A stretch of DNA of 64,000 nt from Macrostomum hystrix (taxonomy: Eukaryota; Animalia; Platyhelminthes), in NCBI GenBank assembly GCA_950097015.1, contig CATNEN010000040.1, forward strand, positions 186,001 through 250,000. The letters run 5' to 3'. The notes below the pieces were generated by a model, which was not told the DNA's origin, searched no databases, and saw only the letters and a list, made by a program, of their open reading frames with translations. Position 1 is the first letter of the stretch, and each line of letters starts with the position of its first letter. This document shows positions 33,042 to 45,033 of the stretch, in pieces. The position numbers and the translations under genes are program-made.

Positions 33042-33290
33042 GGTTAGATTGGTCATAAGTTCAAACGGTCCTTTGGTTAGATTGGTCATCAATTCACAAG
33101 GTCATTTGGCTAGATTGGTCATCAATTCACATGGTCATTTCGTTAGATTGGTCATAAATTCACACGGTCATTTGGTTCGACTGGTCATAAATTCACAAGG
33201 TCATTTGGTTAGATTGGTCATAAATTCACACGGTCATTTTTAGTTAGATTGGTCATAAATTCACATGGTCATTTAGTTAGATTGGTCATT
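33042..33290. repeat. 33-bp minisatellite (GGTCATAAATTCACACGGTCATTTGGTTAGATT)n upstream of USP10
   Basis: Unit read directly. Confidence 0.9.
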
Positions 33291-33611
33291 ATTATCTCAG
33301 AAGTGTCAACTCATTGGATAGGATATTAACCCCTTAAAGTTATTTGGTTAGGTGATGTTATTTCGTTTTTTCCTGGTATCCAGTAAAGCTAGATTATATA
33401 CTACAGTCTGGCGCCTGTCTAGAGCGCATTGCTTGTTGGCTGTAGGCAGTAAAATGCTGCAATAACCAAAGCCTTATCCTTTTTTTCCAAACAGAAAATA
33501 GAGAAAGTGGTCGCCAAGAAGAATAGAGAGAAGCGAATTAAAATTGTATCTCTAAGAAGAAGACGCAGCTAACTTTGGGAGGCCCATTACCTCCCAGCAA
33601 CAACACAAGCC

Positions 33612-36600
33612 ATGGAGCAGCAGCAGCAGCAGCTGGAGTTCGGCTACTTTGACAATTATCGCCAGTTGCGCGCCGAACTGCTAGCCGCCGCGCCAGCCGG
33701 TTTTCACGCAGTTGTCGGCTACGACGACAGATGCTTCGCCTGCGGCCAGGACAATTGTCGATGCGGCGCAATCGTCGAGTCGATATTGTCGGTCAACGGC
33801 GAGACTGTCGACGAAGCGCAGGAGCCGGCGCCGCCGATTCCTCCGCCAGTCACAATGTCGTCGGCGTCATCGTCAGCATCATCGCCGCAGAAAGCCAAAC
33901 TGCCGGGCGCATCGGCCGGCGGTTGGGCGAGTCTGTTTCGCAACAGTCCCGCCGCTCAGAATGCTGTCGTTGTGCCGCTGACATCCGCGGAGGCTTCAAG
34001 CTCCGCCGCTGCACCGGCCGCTCCGTCGGCTTCGTCAGCTTGGGCATCGCGCGAGTCGGTATCGCCAGAGAAGGATGGGGAACTGCCCGCCATCAGCGCT
34101 CACCTGGGACGAGTTGCTGCCGCTTCGGCCTCCCAGCAGCAGCCGCAGCCGCCTGCCCCACTGCAGCCGCGAGGGCTGAACAATCCCGGCAACTATTGCT
34201 ACATTAATGCCATCCTGCAAATGCTGTTTCTCTGCCCGCCGTTTCATGCCTACTTTCGCACCCTGGGGCAGCAGTGCCACAGCTTCAGGTGTGTCATCTA
34301 ATCTGCTTTCTTGATTCCTGCCGAATATTAGCTGAATTGATTGCTGTTTTAGTGACAATAAATGTCACAGAAGGAAATATGACAAAAAATAACTTCTTTC
34401 TGTGCTAAAAAATTGTGCAGCGTCAATTTTGCACAGTAAATATATAATCAATTCAAGTAGCAGACTGTGGCACCTCGTATCGTGAATTTGCTTCATCAGT
34501 AACAGGCTGTGGAATGTACATTAGTAACAGGCTGTGGAATGTACATCAGTAACAGGCTGTGGAATGTACATCAGTAACAGGCTGTGGAATGTACATCAGT
34601 AACAGGCTGTGGAATGTACATTAGTAACAGGCTGTGGAATGTACATTAGTAACAGGCTGTGAAATGTACATTAGTAACAGGCTGTGGAATGCACATTAGT
34701 AACAGGCTGTGGAATGTACATCAGTAACAGGCTGTGGAATGTACATCAGTATCAGGCTGTGGAATGTACATTAGTAACAGGCTGTGGAATGTACATTAGT
34801 AACAGGCTGTGGAATGTACATTAGTAACAGGCTGTGGAATGTACATTAGTAACAGGCTGTGAAATGTACATTAGTAACAGGCTGTGGAATGTACATTAGT
34901 AACAGGCTGTGGAATGTACATTAGTAACAGGCTGTGGAATGTACATTAGTAACAGGCTGTGGAATGTACATTAGTAACAGGCTGTGAAATGTACATTAGT
35001 AACAGGCTGTGGAATGCACATTAGTAACAGGCTGTGGAATGTACATTAGTAACAGGCTGTGGAATGTACATTAGTAACAGGCTGTGGAATGTACATCAGT
35101 AACAGGCTGTGGAATGTACATTAGTAACAGGCTGTGGAATGTACATTAGTAACAGGCTGTGGAATGTACATTAGTAACAGGCTGTGGAATGTACATTAGT
35201 AACAGGCTGTGGAATGTACATCAGTAACAGGCTGTGGAATGTACATTAGTAACAGGCTGTGGAATGTGCATTAGTAACAGGCTGTGGAATGTACATCAGT
35301 AACAGGCTGTGGAATGTACATCAGTAACAGGCTGTGGAATGTACATCAGTAACAGGCTGTGGAATGTACATTAGTAACAGGCTGTGGAATGTACATTAGT
35401 AACAGGCTGTGGAATGTACATTAGTAACAGGCTGTGGAATGTACATCAGTAACAGGCTGTGGAATGTACATTAGTAACAGGCTGTGGAATGTACATTAGT
35501 AACAGGCTGTGGAATGTACATTAGTAACAGGCTGTGGAATGTACATTAGTAACAGGCTGTGGAATGTACATTAGTAACAGGCTGTGGAATGTACATCAGT
35601 AACAGGCTGTGGAATGTACATTAGTAACAGGCTGTGGAATGTACATTAGTAACAGGCTGTGGAATGTACATCAGTAACAGGCTGTGGAATGTACATTAGT
35701 AACAGGCTGTGGAATGTACATTAGTAACAGGCTGTGGAATGTACATCAGTAACAGGCTGTGGAATGTACATCAGTAACAGGCTGTGGAATGTACATCAGT
35801 AACAGGCTGTGGAATGTACATCAGTAACAGGCTGTGGAATGTACATCAGTATGAGGCTGTGGAATGTACATCAGTAACAGGCAGTACAATGGCACATCAG
35901 TAACAGGCAGTGCAATGGCACAGCAGTAACAGGCAGTGCAATGGCACAGCAGTAACAGGCAGTGCAATGGCACAGCAGTAACAGGCAGTACAATGGCACA
36001 GCAGTAACAGGCAGTGCAATGGCACAGCAGTAACAGGCAGTACAATGGCACAGCAGTAACAGGCAGTGCAATGGCACAGCAGTAACAGGCAGTACAATGG
36101 CACAGCAGTAACAGGCAGTGCAATGGCACAGCAGTAACAGGCAGTACAATGGCACATCAGTAACAGGCAGTACAATGGCACAGCAGTAACAGGCAGTGCA
36201 ATGGCACAGCAGTAACAGGCAGTACAATGGCACAGCAGTAACAGGCAGTGCAATGGCACAGCAGTAACAGGCAGTGCAATGGCACAGCAGTAACAGGCAG
36301 TACAATGGCACAGCAGTAACAGGCAGTGCAATGGCACAGCAGTAACAGGCAGTGCAATGGCACAGCAGTAACAGGCAGTACAATGGCACAGCAGTAACAG
36401 GCAGTGCAATGGCACAGCAGTAACAGGCAGTACAATGGCACATCAGTAACAGGCAGTACAATGGCACAGCAGTAACAGGCAGTGCAATGGCACAGCAGTA
36501 ACAGGCAGTACAATGGCACAGCAGTAACAGGCAGTGCAATGGCACAGCAGTAACAGGCGGTACAATGGCACAGCAGTAACAGGCAGTGCAATGGCACAGC

Positions 36601-37851
36601 AGTAACAGGCAGTACAATGGCACATCAGTAACAGGCAGTACAATGGCACAGCAGTAACAGGCAGTGCAATGGCACAGCAGTAACAGACAGTACAATGGCA
36701 CAGCAGTAACAGGCAGTGCAATGGCACATCAGTAGCAGGCAGTACACACTAACACACTAACAGTCTTGTTCCACCCCTGCCCCAGGCACCGCGGCCCCAG
36801 CTCCACGCCAGCCCTGGACTGCGTAGTCGAGCTGCTGTCCTATTACAGCCTGGCCGCCAACCCGCGCAAGCTCACCAGTGGCCAGGCGTACACGCCGCAC
36901 CAGGCCTACCATCTGGTGGCGAACTCGCTCAGCCGTCCAGCTGGCGGCGGCACGCAGCTTCGGGCAGGTCGCGAGGAGGATGCTGAAGAATTTCTTAGCC
37001 ACCTGTTGAACAGCCTGCACGATGAGCTGGCCAGAGCCATTGTGGGGTTCAGTAACGGCCAAGCGCAATCCAATGGCAAGGAAGAAAATGAAGCTCACGA
37101 TCAGCAGCAGCTGCAACAGCAAGGTGAGAAGAGTGCTGAAGAAGACGACGAATGGCAGTGCGTTGGTCCGAAGAATCGATCGGCAGTGACTCGGAGCTGC
37201 TCAGAATGGAGCTCACCCGCTGGCACCATTGTCTCCGAGCTGTTTGGCGGCCAGCTGCGGCACCAGCTGTTGCGGCCAAACCGGGCTCCCACAGCCAACC
37301 TGCAGCCATTCTTTGTCCTACCGTTGGACATCCCGACTGCCGAGTCAGCCCAGTGCAGCCTAACAGACGCTCTGGACGCTGTCACTCGATCCGAATTCGT
37401 TGAAACCAGCCACGGTCGGGCTAGCAAGACCCAACTGCTAGAACAGCTGCCCCGCCTAATGCTGCTGCAGCTGAAGAGATTTCACTACGCCGATAGCAGC
37501 GGCAGTGTGGTGAAAATCGATCGCCGGCTGGATTTCCCAGACATTTTGAAGCTGCGCAAAGCCTGGCTGTCACAGCAGGCCAGGGCCAAGCCGCAATGCC
37601 TTGAGTACCGCCTGTTCTCCATCGTCTATCACGTTGGTCACGCAGCCAGCGGCCACTACATCACCGCTGTTCTCCAGCCCGGACTCAACCGCTGGCTGAT
37701 GCTGGACGACGCCAATGTTGGCTTCTTCCCAGCCGATCGGGCCCAACTGGCCGCGCCGGAGCTGCCCTCAGTGAAGAATCCCGACCAGGTGCGCCGATTG
37801 CATCCCTACCTGCTGATGTACCGGCGGGCCGACTGTCCCGGCTTCGAATAG
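33612..37851 (+). CDS. USP10: Ubiquitin-specific protease 10 (Ubp3/USP10), 2 coding exons, about 580 aa
   Basis: Exons 33612-34288 and 36786-37851 (phase 2, AG|G). Cys box LQPRGLNNPGNYCYINAILQ, EDAEEFL, EWQCVGPKNRSAVTR, His box YRLFSIVYHVGHAASGHY, WLMLDD; N-terminal WASLF and FGYF motifs fit USP10. Confidence 0.93.
34497..35875. repeat. 25-bp minisatellite (AGTAACAGGCTGTGGAATGTACATY)n, about 55 copies, in the USP10 intron
   Basis: Period of 25 confirmed at 34501, 34526, 34551. Confidence 0.96.
35876..36745. repeat. 26-bp minisatellite (AGTAACAGGCAGTRCAATGGCACAGC)n, about 33 copies, in the USP10 intron
   Basis: Unit read directly. Confidence 0.96.
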
Positions 37852-37904
37852 CTCATTTTGGTCTATTCCCTCAATTGGAGCTTACGGAAACTGCAAATGT
37901 CCAC

Positions 37905-38110
37905 TGATCCGCCCCCTTCAGTAAATCTTTAATCCGATCCGCCCCTAATTCAGTCAATCTGTAATCCGATCCGCCCCTAATTCAGTCAATCTATAATCCG
38001 ATCCGCCCCTAATTCAGTCAATCTATAATTCGATCCGCCCCTAATTCAGTCAATCTGGAAGCCGATCCGCCCCCTTAAGTCAATCTGCATGCTAATCCGC
38101 CCCCTCTTCA
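37905..38110. repeat. 32-bp repeat (ATCCGCCCCTAATTCAGTCAATCTATAATCCG), about 6 copies, just after the USP10 stop
   Basis: Unit read directly. Confidence 0.85.
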
Positions 38111-38774
38111 GCGGTATCTACCTGAGGGTCTATCCACCTACTCTTCAGTCAATCTACAAGCCGCTTTAACTAACTCTCAGCTGATTATTTGCTATCGCTT
38201 GTAGCTATATGAGCTATAAGGCAACATTGGTACTCGTAATTTCCATGACCTATTGTTGATGACTGACAGACATTTGAATGAGTCCATTCGTAACAATAAA
38301 CGGTCATGCTTCCCAGCTATCAGCAGCCAGTGCAAGGACGCCGAGCCCACAATATTTTGCTGTTATTTTCCTCTTCTTTTTTGTGGCTTTTTTTGTCACC
38401 CATTGCAGCCAGGCCATCATAGTTTTTTATTTATAATAATAAATAATATCTGCGAGTGCATCTCTATTTTATAGTTTATTAGAAAAAAATGGAGAGATCA
38501 GTCGAGAGCCGCCTTCTTGCAGTAGAGTGACTCATTGTGACTTCTGGTGACTGCGGCTTGTTGTCTATCTTTGTAATGAACTTTGGGTGGCCTTGCCATG
38601 AATTACTTTTTTTACTTTTTCGCTCTGTAACTAGAAATTTAGAATTCTTGTTTGTTACAGCTGTAATAGGAGAAAGCTGGTCGTTTGTAAAATCTTTGTA
38701 AAATCTTTGTAAAATCTTGTCTCGACGTATTTCTGTTTTATCATTCCAACTTCTACGAATTTTATCTAAAAGAG

Positions 38775-39595
38775 GGATTTGTCATTCCTAATTCAATTAA
38801 ATCCATAGGATTTGTCATTCCTAATTCAATTAAATCCATAGGATTTGTCATTCCTAATTCAATTAAATCCATAGGATTTGTCATTCCTAATTCAATTAAA
38901 TCCATAGGATTTGTCATTCCTAATTCAATTAAATCCATAGGATTTGTCATTCCTAATTCAATTAAATCCATAGGATTTGTCATTCCTAATTCAATTAAAT
39001 CCATAGGATTTGTCATTCCTAATTCAATTAAATCCATAGGATTTGTCATTCCTAATTCGATTAAATCCATAGGATTTGTCATTCCTAATTCAATTAAATC
39101 CATAGGATTTGTCATTCCTAATTCAATTGAATCAATAGGATTTGTCATTCCTAATTCAATTGAATCAATAGGATTTGTCATTCCTAATTCAATTGAATCA
39201 GTAGGATTTGTCTTTCCTATTCTATTCCATTCCCGCTTCTATTGAATCCATAGGATTTGTCACTCCCGCTTCTATTGAATCCATAGGATTTGTCATTCCC
39301 GCTTCTATTGAATCCATAGGATTTGTCATTTCCGATTCTGTTGAATCCATAGGATTTGTCATTCCCGATTCTATTGAATCCATAGGATTTGTCATTCCCG
39401 ATTCTATTGAATCCATAGGATTTGTCACTCCCGATTCTATTGAATCCATAGGATTTGTCATTCCCGATTCTATTGAATCCATAGGATTTGTCATTCCCGA
39501 TTCTATTGAATCCATAGGATTTGTCATTCCCGATTCTATTGAATCCATAGGATTTGTCATTCCCGATTCTATTGAATCCATAGGATTTGTCATTC
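38775..39595. repeat. 33-bp minisatellite in two homogeneous variant blocks upstream of CDT1
   Basis: ATAGGATTTGTCATTCCTAATTCAATTAAATCC (38775-39200) then ATAGGATTTGTCATTCCCGATTCTATTGAATCC (39225-39595). Confidence 0.95.
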
Positions 39596-39700
39596 TTGCG
39601 TCTAGATTCCAATTAATTACTATCAAGTGTGCTCAACTATGAACAATTATCCATCCCGCTGTCCATCGCAAACTTGCAGCCTTCCTCCGCGCAGCCAGCC

Positions 39701-41800
39701 ATGTCGTCCTCCACGAAGATCACAGACTACTTTGCCGCCCAGAAGCGGTCAGGCCGTCGGCCCGGCAACAACAAGAAGGCGGCTGTATCATCCGAGCAGG
39801 ACCGCGCGGAGTCGCAGGTGTCGCTGTCGCCGCCGAAACGGCTGCTGCGCAGTGGCCGCAAAATGGCCACCATCACTTCCGGAGCCGCCGACGCCGCCAT
39901 CAGCAGAGTGACACCCTCCCGGGTGGCGTCGTCGAGAACCGGCGGTAGAACGCCAAAAAAGCAACCGGAAGCAACCGTGATTGCTCAATTAGACTTTGAT
40001 GAGCCGATGGCTGCTCCGGAAGTGGTTGCCCAACCGCAACCGGAAGTGGTTTCCAAACCGCAACCGGAAGTGGTTTCCAAGCCGCAACCGGAAGTTGTTT
40101 CCAAACCGCAACCGGAAGTGGTTTCCAAACCGCAACCGGAAGTGATTTCCAAACCGCAACCGGAAGTGGTTTCCAAACCGCAACCGGAAGTAGTTTCCAA
40201 GCCGCAACCGGAAGTTGTTTCCAAACCGCAACCGGAAGTAGTTTCCAAGCCGCAACCGGAAGTTGTTTCCAAACCGCAACCGGAAGTAGTTTCCAAGCCG
40301 CAACCGGAAGTAGTTTCCAAACCGCAATCAGATGTGGTTTCCAAACCGCAACCGGAAGTGGTTTTCAAACCGCAACCGGAAGTGATTTCCAAGCCGCAAC
40401 CGGAAGTGGTTTCCAAACCGCAGCTGGAAGCGGTTGCCAAACTGGATGCAGTTACGAAACATCCGAAAATCGTAGACGAACCAGCTGTGGCCGCTGAGTC
40501 TAAACTCGCAGACAAAGTTAACTTGACACTGAAAGCACGCCCAGTCGCTACCGCGGCCGCAGTCAAACCGATCGAATCGAAAGTGGTCGCCGAACCGGAA
40601 CTGATCGCGGAGGAAACCGAACCGGAAGCGGCTGTCGAGCCTGTTGAAGCGGCCAAGCTGCTAGCCAGCCGCGCCCAAGAGCTGCCTCTGCCTCCGGACC
40701 TGGACACCCTGCGCTTGCAGTTTGATGCCTTGGAGCAGATGCTGGTGCTCGTACTGGGCAAACAGCTGCCCACCTTTGAACGGCTGAAAGACTGCGTGGA
40801 GCGCATGACTCGACGGGCGTTCGACATCGACAAGCTGGGCCAGATTCGAACTCTGTATCCGGACTGCTACGCCCTCCGCTGGGTGCCGAAATCGGCCTTG
40901 CCAACGGCGCCGTCAAGTCGGCACACCTCCAACGGAGGCGGCGCCACCTCCGGGCACCTGCTGCTAGTGGAGCCGCGCCTCCCTAATGCCGCCGACTCAA
41001 AGATGAGTCCGCGCCAGCAGCTGGAGCGCCGGTCCGAGTTCGCCCTCCGGCTCTATCGCTACGTTGCTGAACGACATCGGCGATTCCTCATCGACCGCGG
41101 AGCCAGCTCAGACCGCCTGCCCAGCCTGCTGAGCCTCCGCCGTTGGCATCCGGAATTTCCGCTGTACCGGCTGCCCATGCCTGCTGCGGCGCCGACTCCG
41201 CCTGCGCCGGAAATGACCGCCGACGCCGCCAAGGTGACCACGGCCCGCCAGGCGCTGGACCAGTTGCGGCCCGCCCTGCCGGAGCGGCTGCAGCGGGCAC
41301 TGGAGGCGGCCGTGGCCTCTGAAGTGGCCTCATCTACTGCTGCTTCATCGGCGACAACGACGCCGACAAAGAAGGCGACGGCGCCACCATCGGGCATTGA
41401 CGCCGACCTCCTGGCTAGGATTCGTCGACGCGACGCCGAGCAGTCGGCCAGACGGCTGCTGACCAGACGCGAGCCGGCTGTGGAAGCCGAGCTCAAACTG
41501 CTTGAGAAGGCGCCAACAGCTGCCAGAGCTCTGAAGCTGCAGTGCCTGGCCGACAAACGCCGGGCGATGCCTCTGGCTGAAGCCGCCGAACGGCTGTCCA
41601 GATCGCAGCCGGGACGGCTGCCGGAGTCGGAGGCGGACGCCCTGCTGCGCCTGCTATGCCGCCTATGCCCGGCCTGGGCTAGCCTGGTTGAACTGCCCAG
41701 CCGGCCTGGCCAGTTCCTGCGCGTCCAGGCGGCCGTTGGCAACTTTGACGACGTCTTGGCTGCCATCGACGCCCGTCGAGCTGAGCTAGAGGCCTCGTAA
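39701..41800 (+). CDS. CDT1: DNA replication licensing factor CDT1, intronless CDS, 699 aa
   Basis: N-terminal PIP-degron-like STKITDYFAAQKR, CDK sites and KRL; geminin-binding winged-helix region LPLPP...PTFERLKDCVERMTRRAFDIDKLGQIRTLYPDCY; RWHPEF; GIDADLLARIR; C-terminal winged helix. Kozak-like GCCAGCCATG at 39701. Confidence 0.92.
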   Translation: MSSSTKITDYFAAQKRSGRRPGNNKKAAVSSEQDRAESQVSLSPPKRLLRSGRKMATITSGAADAAISRVTPSRVASSRTGGRTPKKQPEATVIAQLDFDEPMAAPEVVAQPQPEVVSKPQPEVVSKPQPEVVSKPQPEVVSKPQPEVISKPQPEVVSKPQPEVVSKPQPEVVSKPQPEVVSKPQPEVVSKPQPEVVSKPQPEVVSKPQSDVVSKPQPEVVFKPQPEVISKPQPEVVSKPQLEAVAKLDAVTKHPKIVDEPAVAAESKLADKVNLTLKARPVATAAAVKPIESKVVAEPELIAEETEPEAAVEPVEAAKLLASRAQELPLPPDLDTLRLQFDALEQMLVLVLGKQLPTFERLKDCVERMTRRAFDIDKLGQIRTLYPDCYALRWVPKSALPTAPSSRHTSNGGGATSGHLLLVEPRLPNAADSKMSPRQQLERRSEFALRLYRYVAERHRRFLIDRGASSDRLPSLLSLRRWHPEFPLYRLPMPAAAPTPPAPEMTADAAKVTTARQALDQLRPALPERLQRALEAAVASEVASSTAASSATTTPTKKATAPPSGIDADLLARIRRRDAEQSARRLLTRREPAVEAELKLLEKAPTAARALKLQCLADKRRAMPLAEAAERLSRSQPGRLPESEADALLRLLCRLCPAWASLVELPSRPGQFLRVQAAVGNFDDVLAAIDARRAELEAS
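40022..40429 (+). repeat. In-frame 24-bp coding minisatellite, 17 copies, encoding VVSKPQPE
   Basis: Counted from coordinates (408 nt / 24). Confidence 0.95.
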
Positions 41801-41924
41801 AGTTGAGCAATCCTAATGTGAGTTAGGGGCAGTTTCGTATGTTTTGACATCTTTAAAAGCTCAAGGCTCAAATAAGTGTTTACTGGTTTATTTTTACCAT
41901 CCGAACTTTGCGCATTCGTTTTTA

Positions 41925-42090
41925 CCAAATCCCCACTGGGATCTGAGAGAGCTTTGGACAGTTTAAATCCCCACTGGGATCTGAGAGAGCCTTAAACAGT
42001 TTAAATCCCCACTGGAATCTGTGAGAGCCTTGGACAGTTTAAATCCCCACTGGGATCTGAGAGAGCTTTGGACAGTTTAAATCCTCAGTG
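41925..42090. repeat. 38-bp repeat, 4 copies, downstream of CDT1
   Basis: TTTAAATCCCCACTGGGATCTGAGAGAGCTTTGGACAG read directly. Confidence 0.88.
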
Positions 42091-42794
42091 AGATCTGAGA
42101 AACTATATCACTATAACCTGTTTTGTGACAGTAGCTCGAATGTTATTTTTCGGCGCAAGAAGCTTCAGAGACACCTGTCCTCATTATCTGCGCGCTATGA
42201 TTTGATAAACTTTTTGGGAATTTTCGCGCACTATGCTACTAACAAGTTTCGTTAGTAATAGTGGCAGTATACGTGCCGCATTTTCACAAATGACTTTCAT
42301 TTGTAATGATTTGCTTCATTTAATATCTGAACTGGCTCTATGCTACTTATTTTGTAACGGTTTTTGCGCATTTTTGGTGTCCTTCATTTCTTTAGTCTAT
42401 TTACTTGCTAAACATTTTTATGTGCTTATGTTAACGCATTTTACTATTTATCATGTTGTTCAATTAACAATGCTTTTCATATTTCTCTCTACTATAAATG
42501 CGGATCATTTATCACTTTTTTACTTCGTTTTCTGTATATAATCTGGCAGCATTTGATACAGTGTATGCAATTAAAACATTTATCTATGCCCTTGCTACGT
42601 ACTCAATATGCACCGCTTTTAATGCATTCGCTTAGTCCTGCACATATATAAATAATTACATTTGTACAACTTTATCACTGTACGATTAAGTATTGCAGTA
42701 TTGCTCAATTTAAAACTGCGAAACGTAAATTCTGCTAGGCTTCGATATTTTCATACTCTACTATTTTTGTGTCAGGCAGGGGTACTTGCTGTTT

Positions 42795-43585
42795 ACGTGA
42801 CCAGGAGGGTATTGGCTGATCACTTGACTCGGGGTGTGGCTGACCTCTAGACCAGGAGGGTATTGGCTGATCACGTGACAAGGTGGGTATTGGCTGATCA
42901 CGTGACCAAGAGGGTATTGGCTGATCACGTGACCAGGAAGGGTATTGGCTGATCACGTGACCAGGAGGGTATTGGCTGATCACGTGACCAAGAGGGTATT
43001 GGCTGATCACGTGACCAGGAGGGTATTGGCTGATCACGTGACCAGGACGGTATTGGCTGATCACGGGACCAAGAGGGTATTGGCTGATCACGTGACCTGG
43101 AGGGTATTGGCTGATCACGTGACCAGGAGGGTATTGGCTGATCACGGAACCAAGAGGGTATTGGCTGATCACGTGACCTGGAGGGTATTGGCTGATCACG
43201 TGACCAAGAGGGTATTGGCTGATCACGTGACCTGGAGGGTATTGGCTGATCACGTGACCAGGTGGGTATTGGCTGATCACGTGACCTGGAGGGTATTGGC
43301 TGATCACGTGACCAAGAGGGTATTGGCTGATCACGTGACCAGGAGGGTATTGGCTGATCACGTGACCAAGAGGGTATTGGCTGATCACGTGACCAGGAGG
43401 GTATTGGCTGATCACGTGACCAGGAGGGTATTGGCTGATCACGTGACCAAGAGGGTATTGGCTGATCACGGGACCAAGAGGGTATTGGCTGATCACGTGA
43501 CCTGGAGGGTATTGGCTGATCACGTGACCAGGACGGTATTGGCTGATCACGTGACTCGGGTACTGATTGATCACGTGACTAGGGA
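42795..43585. repeat. 27-bp minisatellite (GGGTATTGGCTGATCACGTGACCARGA)n, about 29 copies
   Basis: Unit read directly; 9-aa periodicity. Confidence 0.96.
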
Positions 43586-44184
43586 TAATAGCTGAAAGGG
43601 AAATCCGACGACCCATAGGGCAAACGGCAAACAGCAGTAAGCAATCGATATAGTGCAAAGCTCTAGTAATTAAGCAATAGCAAAAACTGGATCGCGTGAA
43701 GTGCGAGTCCCTGACCAATCCACTGGAACAGCATGGCGTGTATATTGTTAAAAAGACAAAACAAACTGATGATCCAATGTGCAGATCGTTTGGAGAAAGG
43801 AAAAAACACAATAAGTGCGTGTGCGGCACGGATTTGGGTGAAAATTGAACGAATCAACAAGGCTACTAAACAAGCTAAAAATGAGGCCCACAATATCTAT
43901 TTTTTTTCAATATTCGACAGATAAGCCTCAAATAGAAAAATTCACAAGCTGTTGGTAAAGCATGAGTCTATTGGCTCTATTTTCCTGCTGTTTGAGAAAC
44001 AATTAAAAAAGACTGACAGGATTTGTGAGTAATGTGTGCTTGGAAACTAGTGACTGATAAGTTATGGATTTCGATTGCTTGTAATCAGTACAAACAAATA
44101 TTTTGACACCTCAAAACTTATTGCAACAGGTAGGTCAGACTGCTTGATTCTTATTTCTCCACATTAGCTGGATTCTGTTTAGTC

Positions 44185-44955
44185 ACTCGAATCCCCATCA
44201 CATGAACTCGAATCCCCAATATATGAACTCGAATCCCCAATATATGAGCTCGAATCCCCAATATATGAACTCGAATCCCCAATATATGAACTCGAATCCC
44301 AAATATATGAGCTCGAATCCCCATCACATAAACTCGAATCCCCAATATATGAACTCGAATCCCCAATATATGAGCTCGAATCCCCATCACATGAACTCGA
44401 ATCCCCAATATATGAGCTCGAATCCCCATCACATGAACTCGAATCCCCAATATATGAACTCGAATCCCCATCATATGAACTCGAATCCCCAATATATGAA
44501 CTCGAATCCCCAATATATGAGCTCGAATCCCCATCACATGAACTCGAATCCCCAATATATGAGCTCGAATCCCCATCACATGAACTCGAATCCCCAATAT
44601 ATGAACTCGAATCCCCATCATATGAACTCGAATCCCCATGATTTGAACTCGAATCCCGATTATATGAACTCGAATCCCCATTACATGAACTCGAATCCCC
44701 ATTATATGAACTCGAATCCCCATTATATGAACTCGAATCCCCATTATATGAACTCGAATGCCCATTATATGAACTCGAATCCCCATTATATGAACTCGAA
44801 TCCCCAATATATGAACTCGAATCCCCATTATATGAACTCGAATGCCCATTATATGAACTCGAATCCCCATCATATGAACTCGAATGCCCATTATATGAAC
44901 TCGAATCCCCAATATATGAACTCGAATGCCCATTATATGAACTCGAATCCCGCAA
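44185..44955. repeat. 21-bp minisatellite (ATGAACTCGAATCCCCAATAT)n, about 36 copies, starting about 80 bp after the ALDH4A1 stop
   Basis: Unit read directly; 7-aa periodicity. Confidence 0.96.
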
Positions 44956-45033
44956 TGAACCAACGCACTTTTTTTCACATAGCAATTAACTTCCGCAGTC
45001 CAAAAGCTAAAAGTACAAAGCTGGTTTCCGCGG

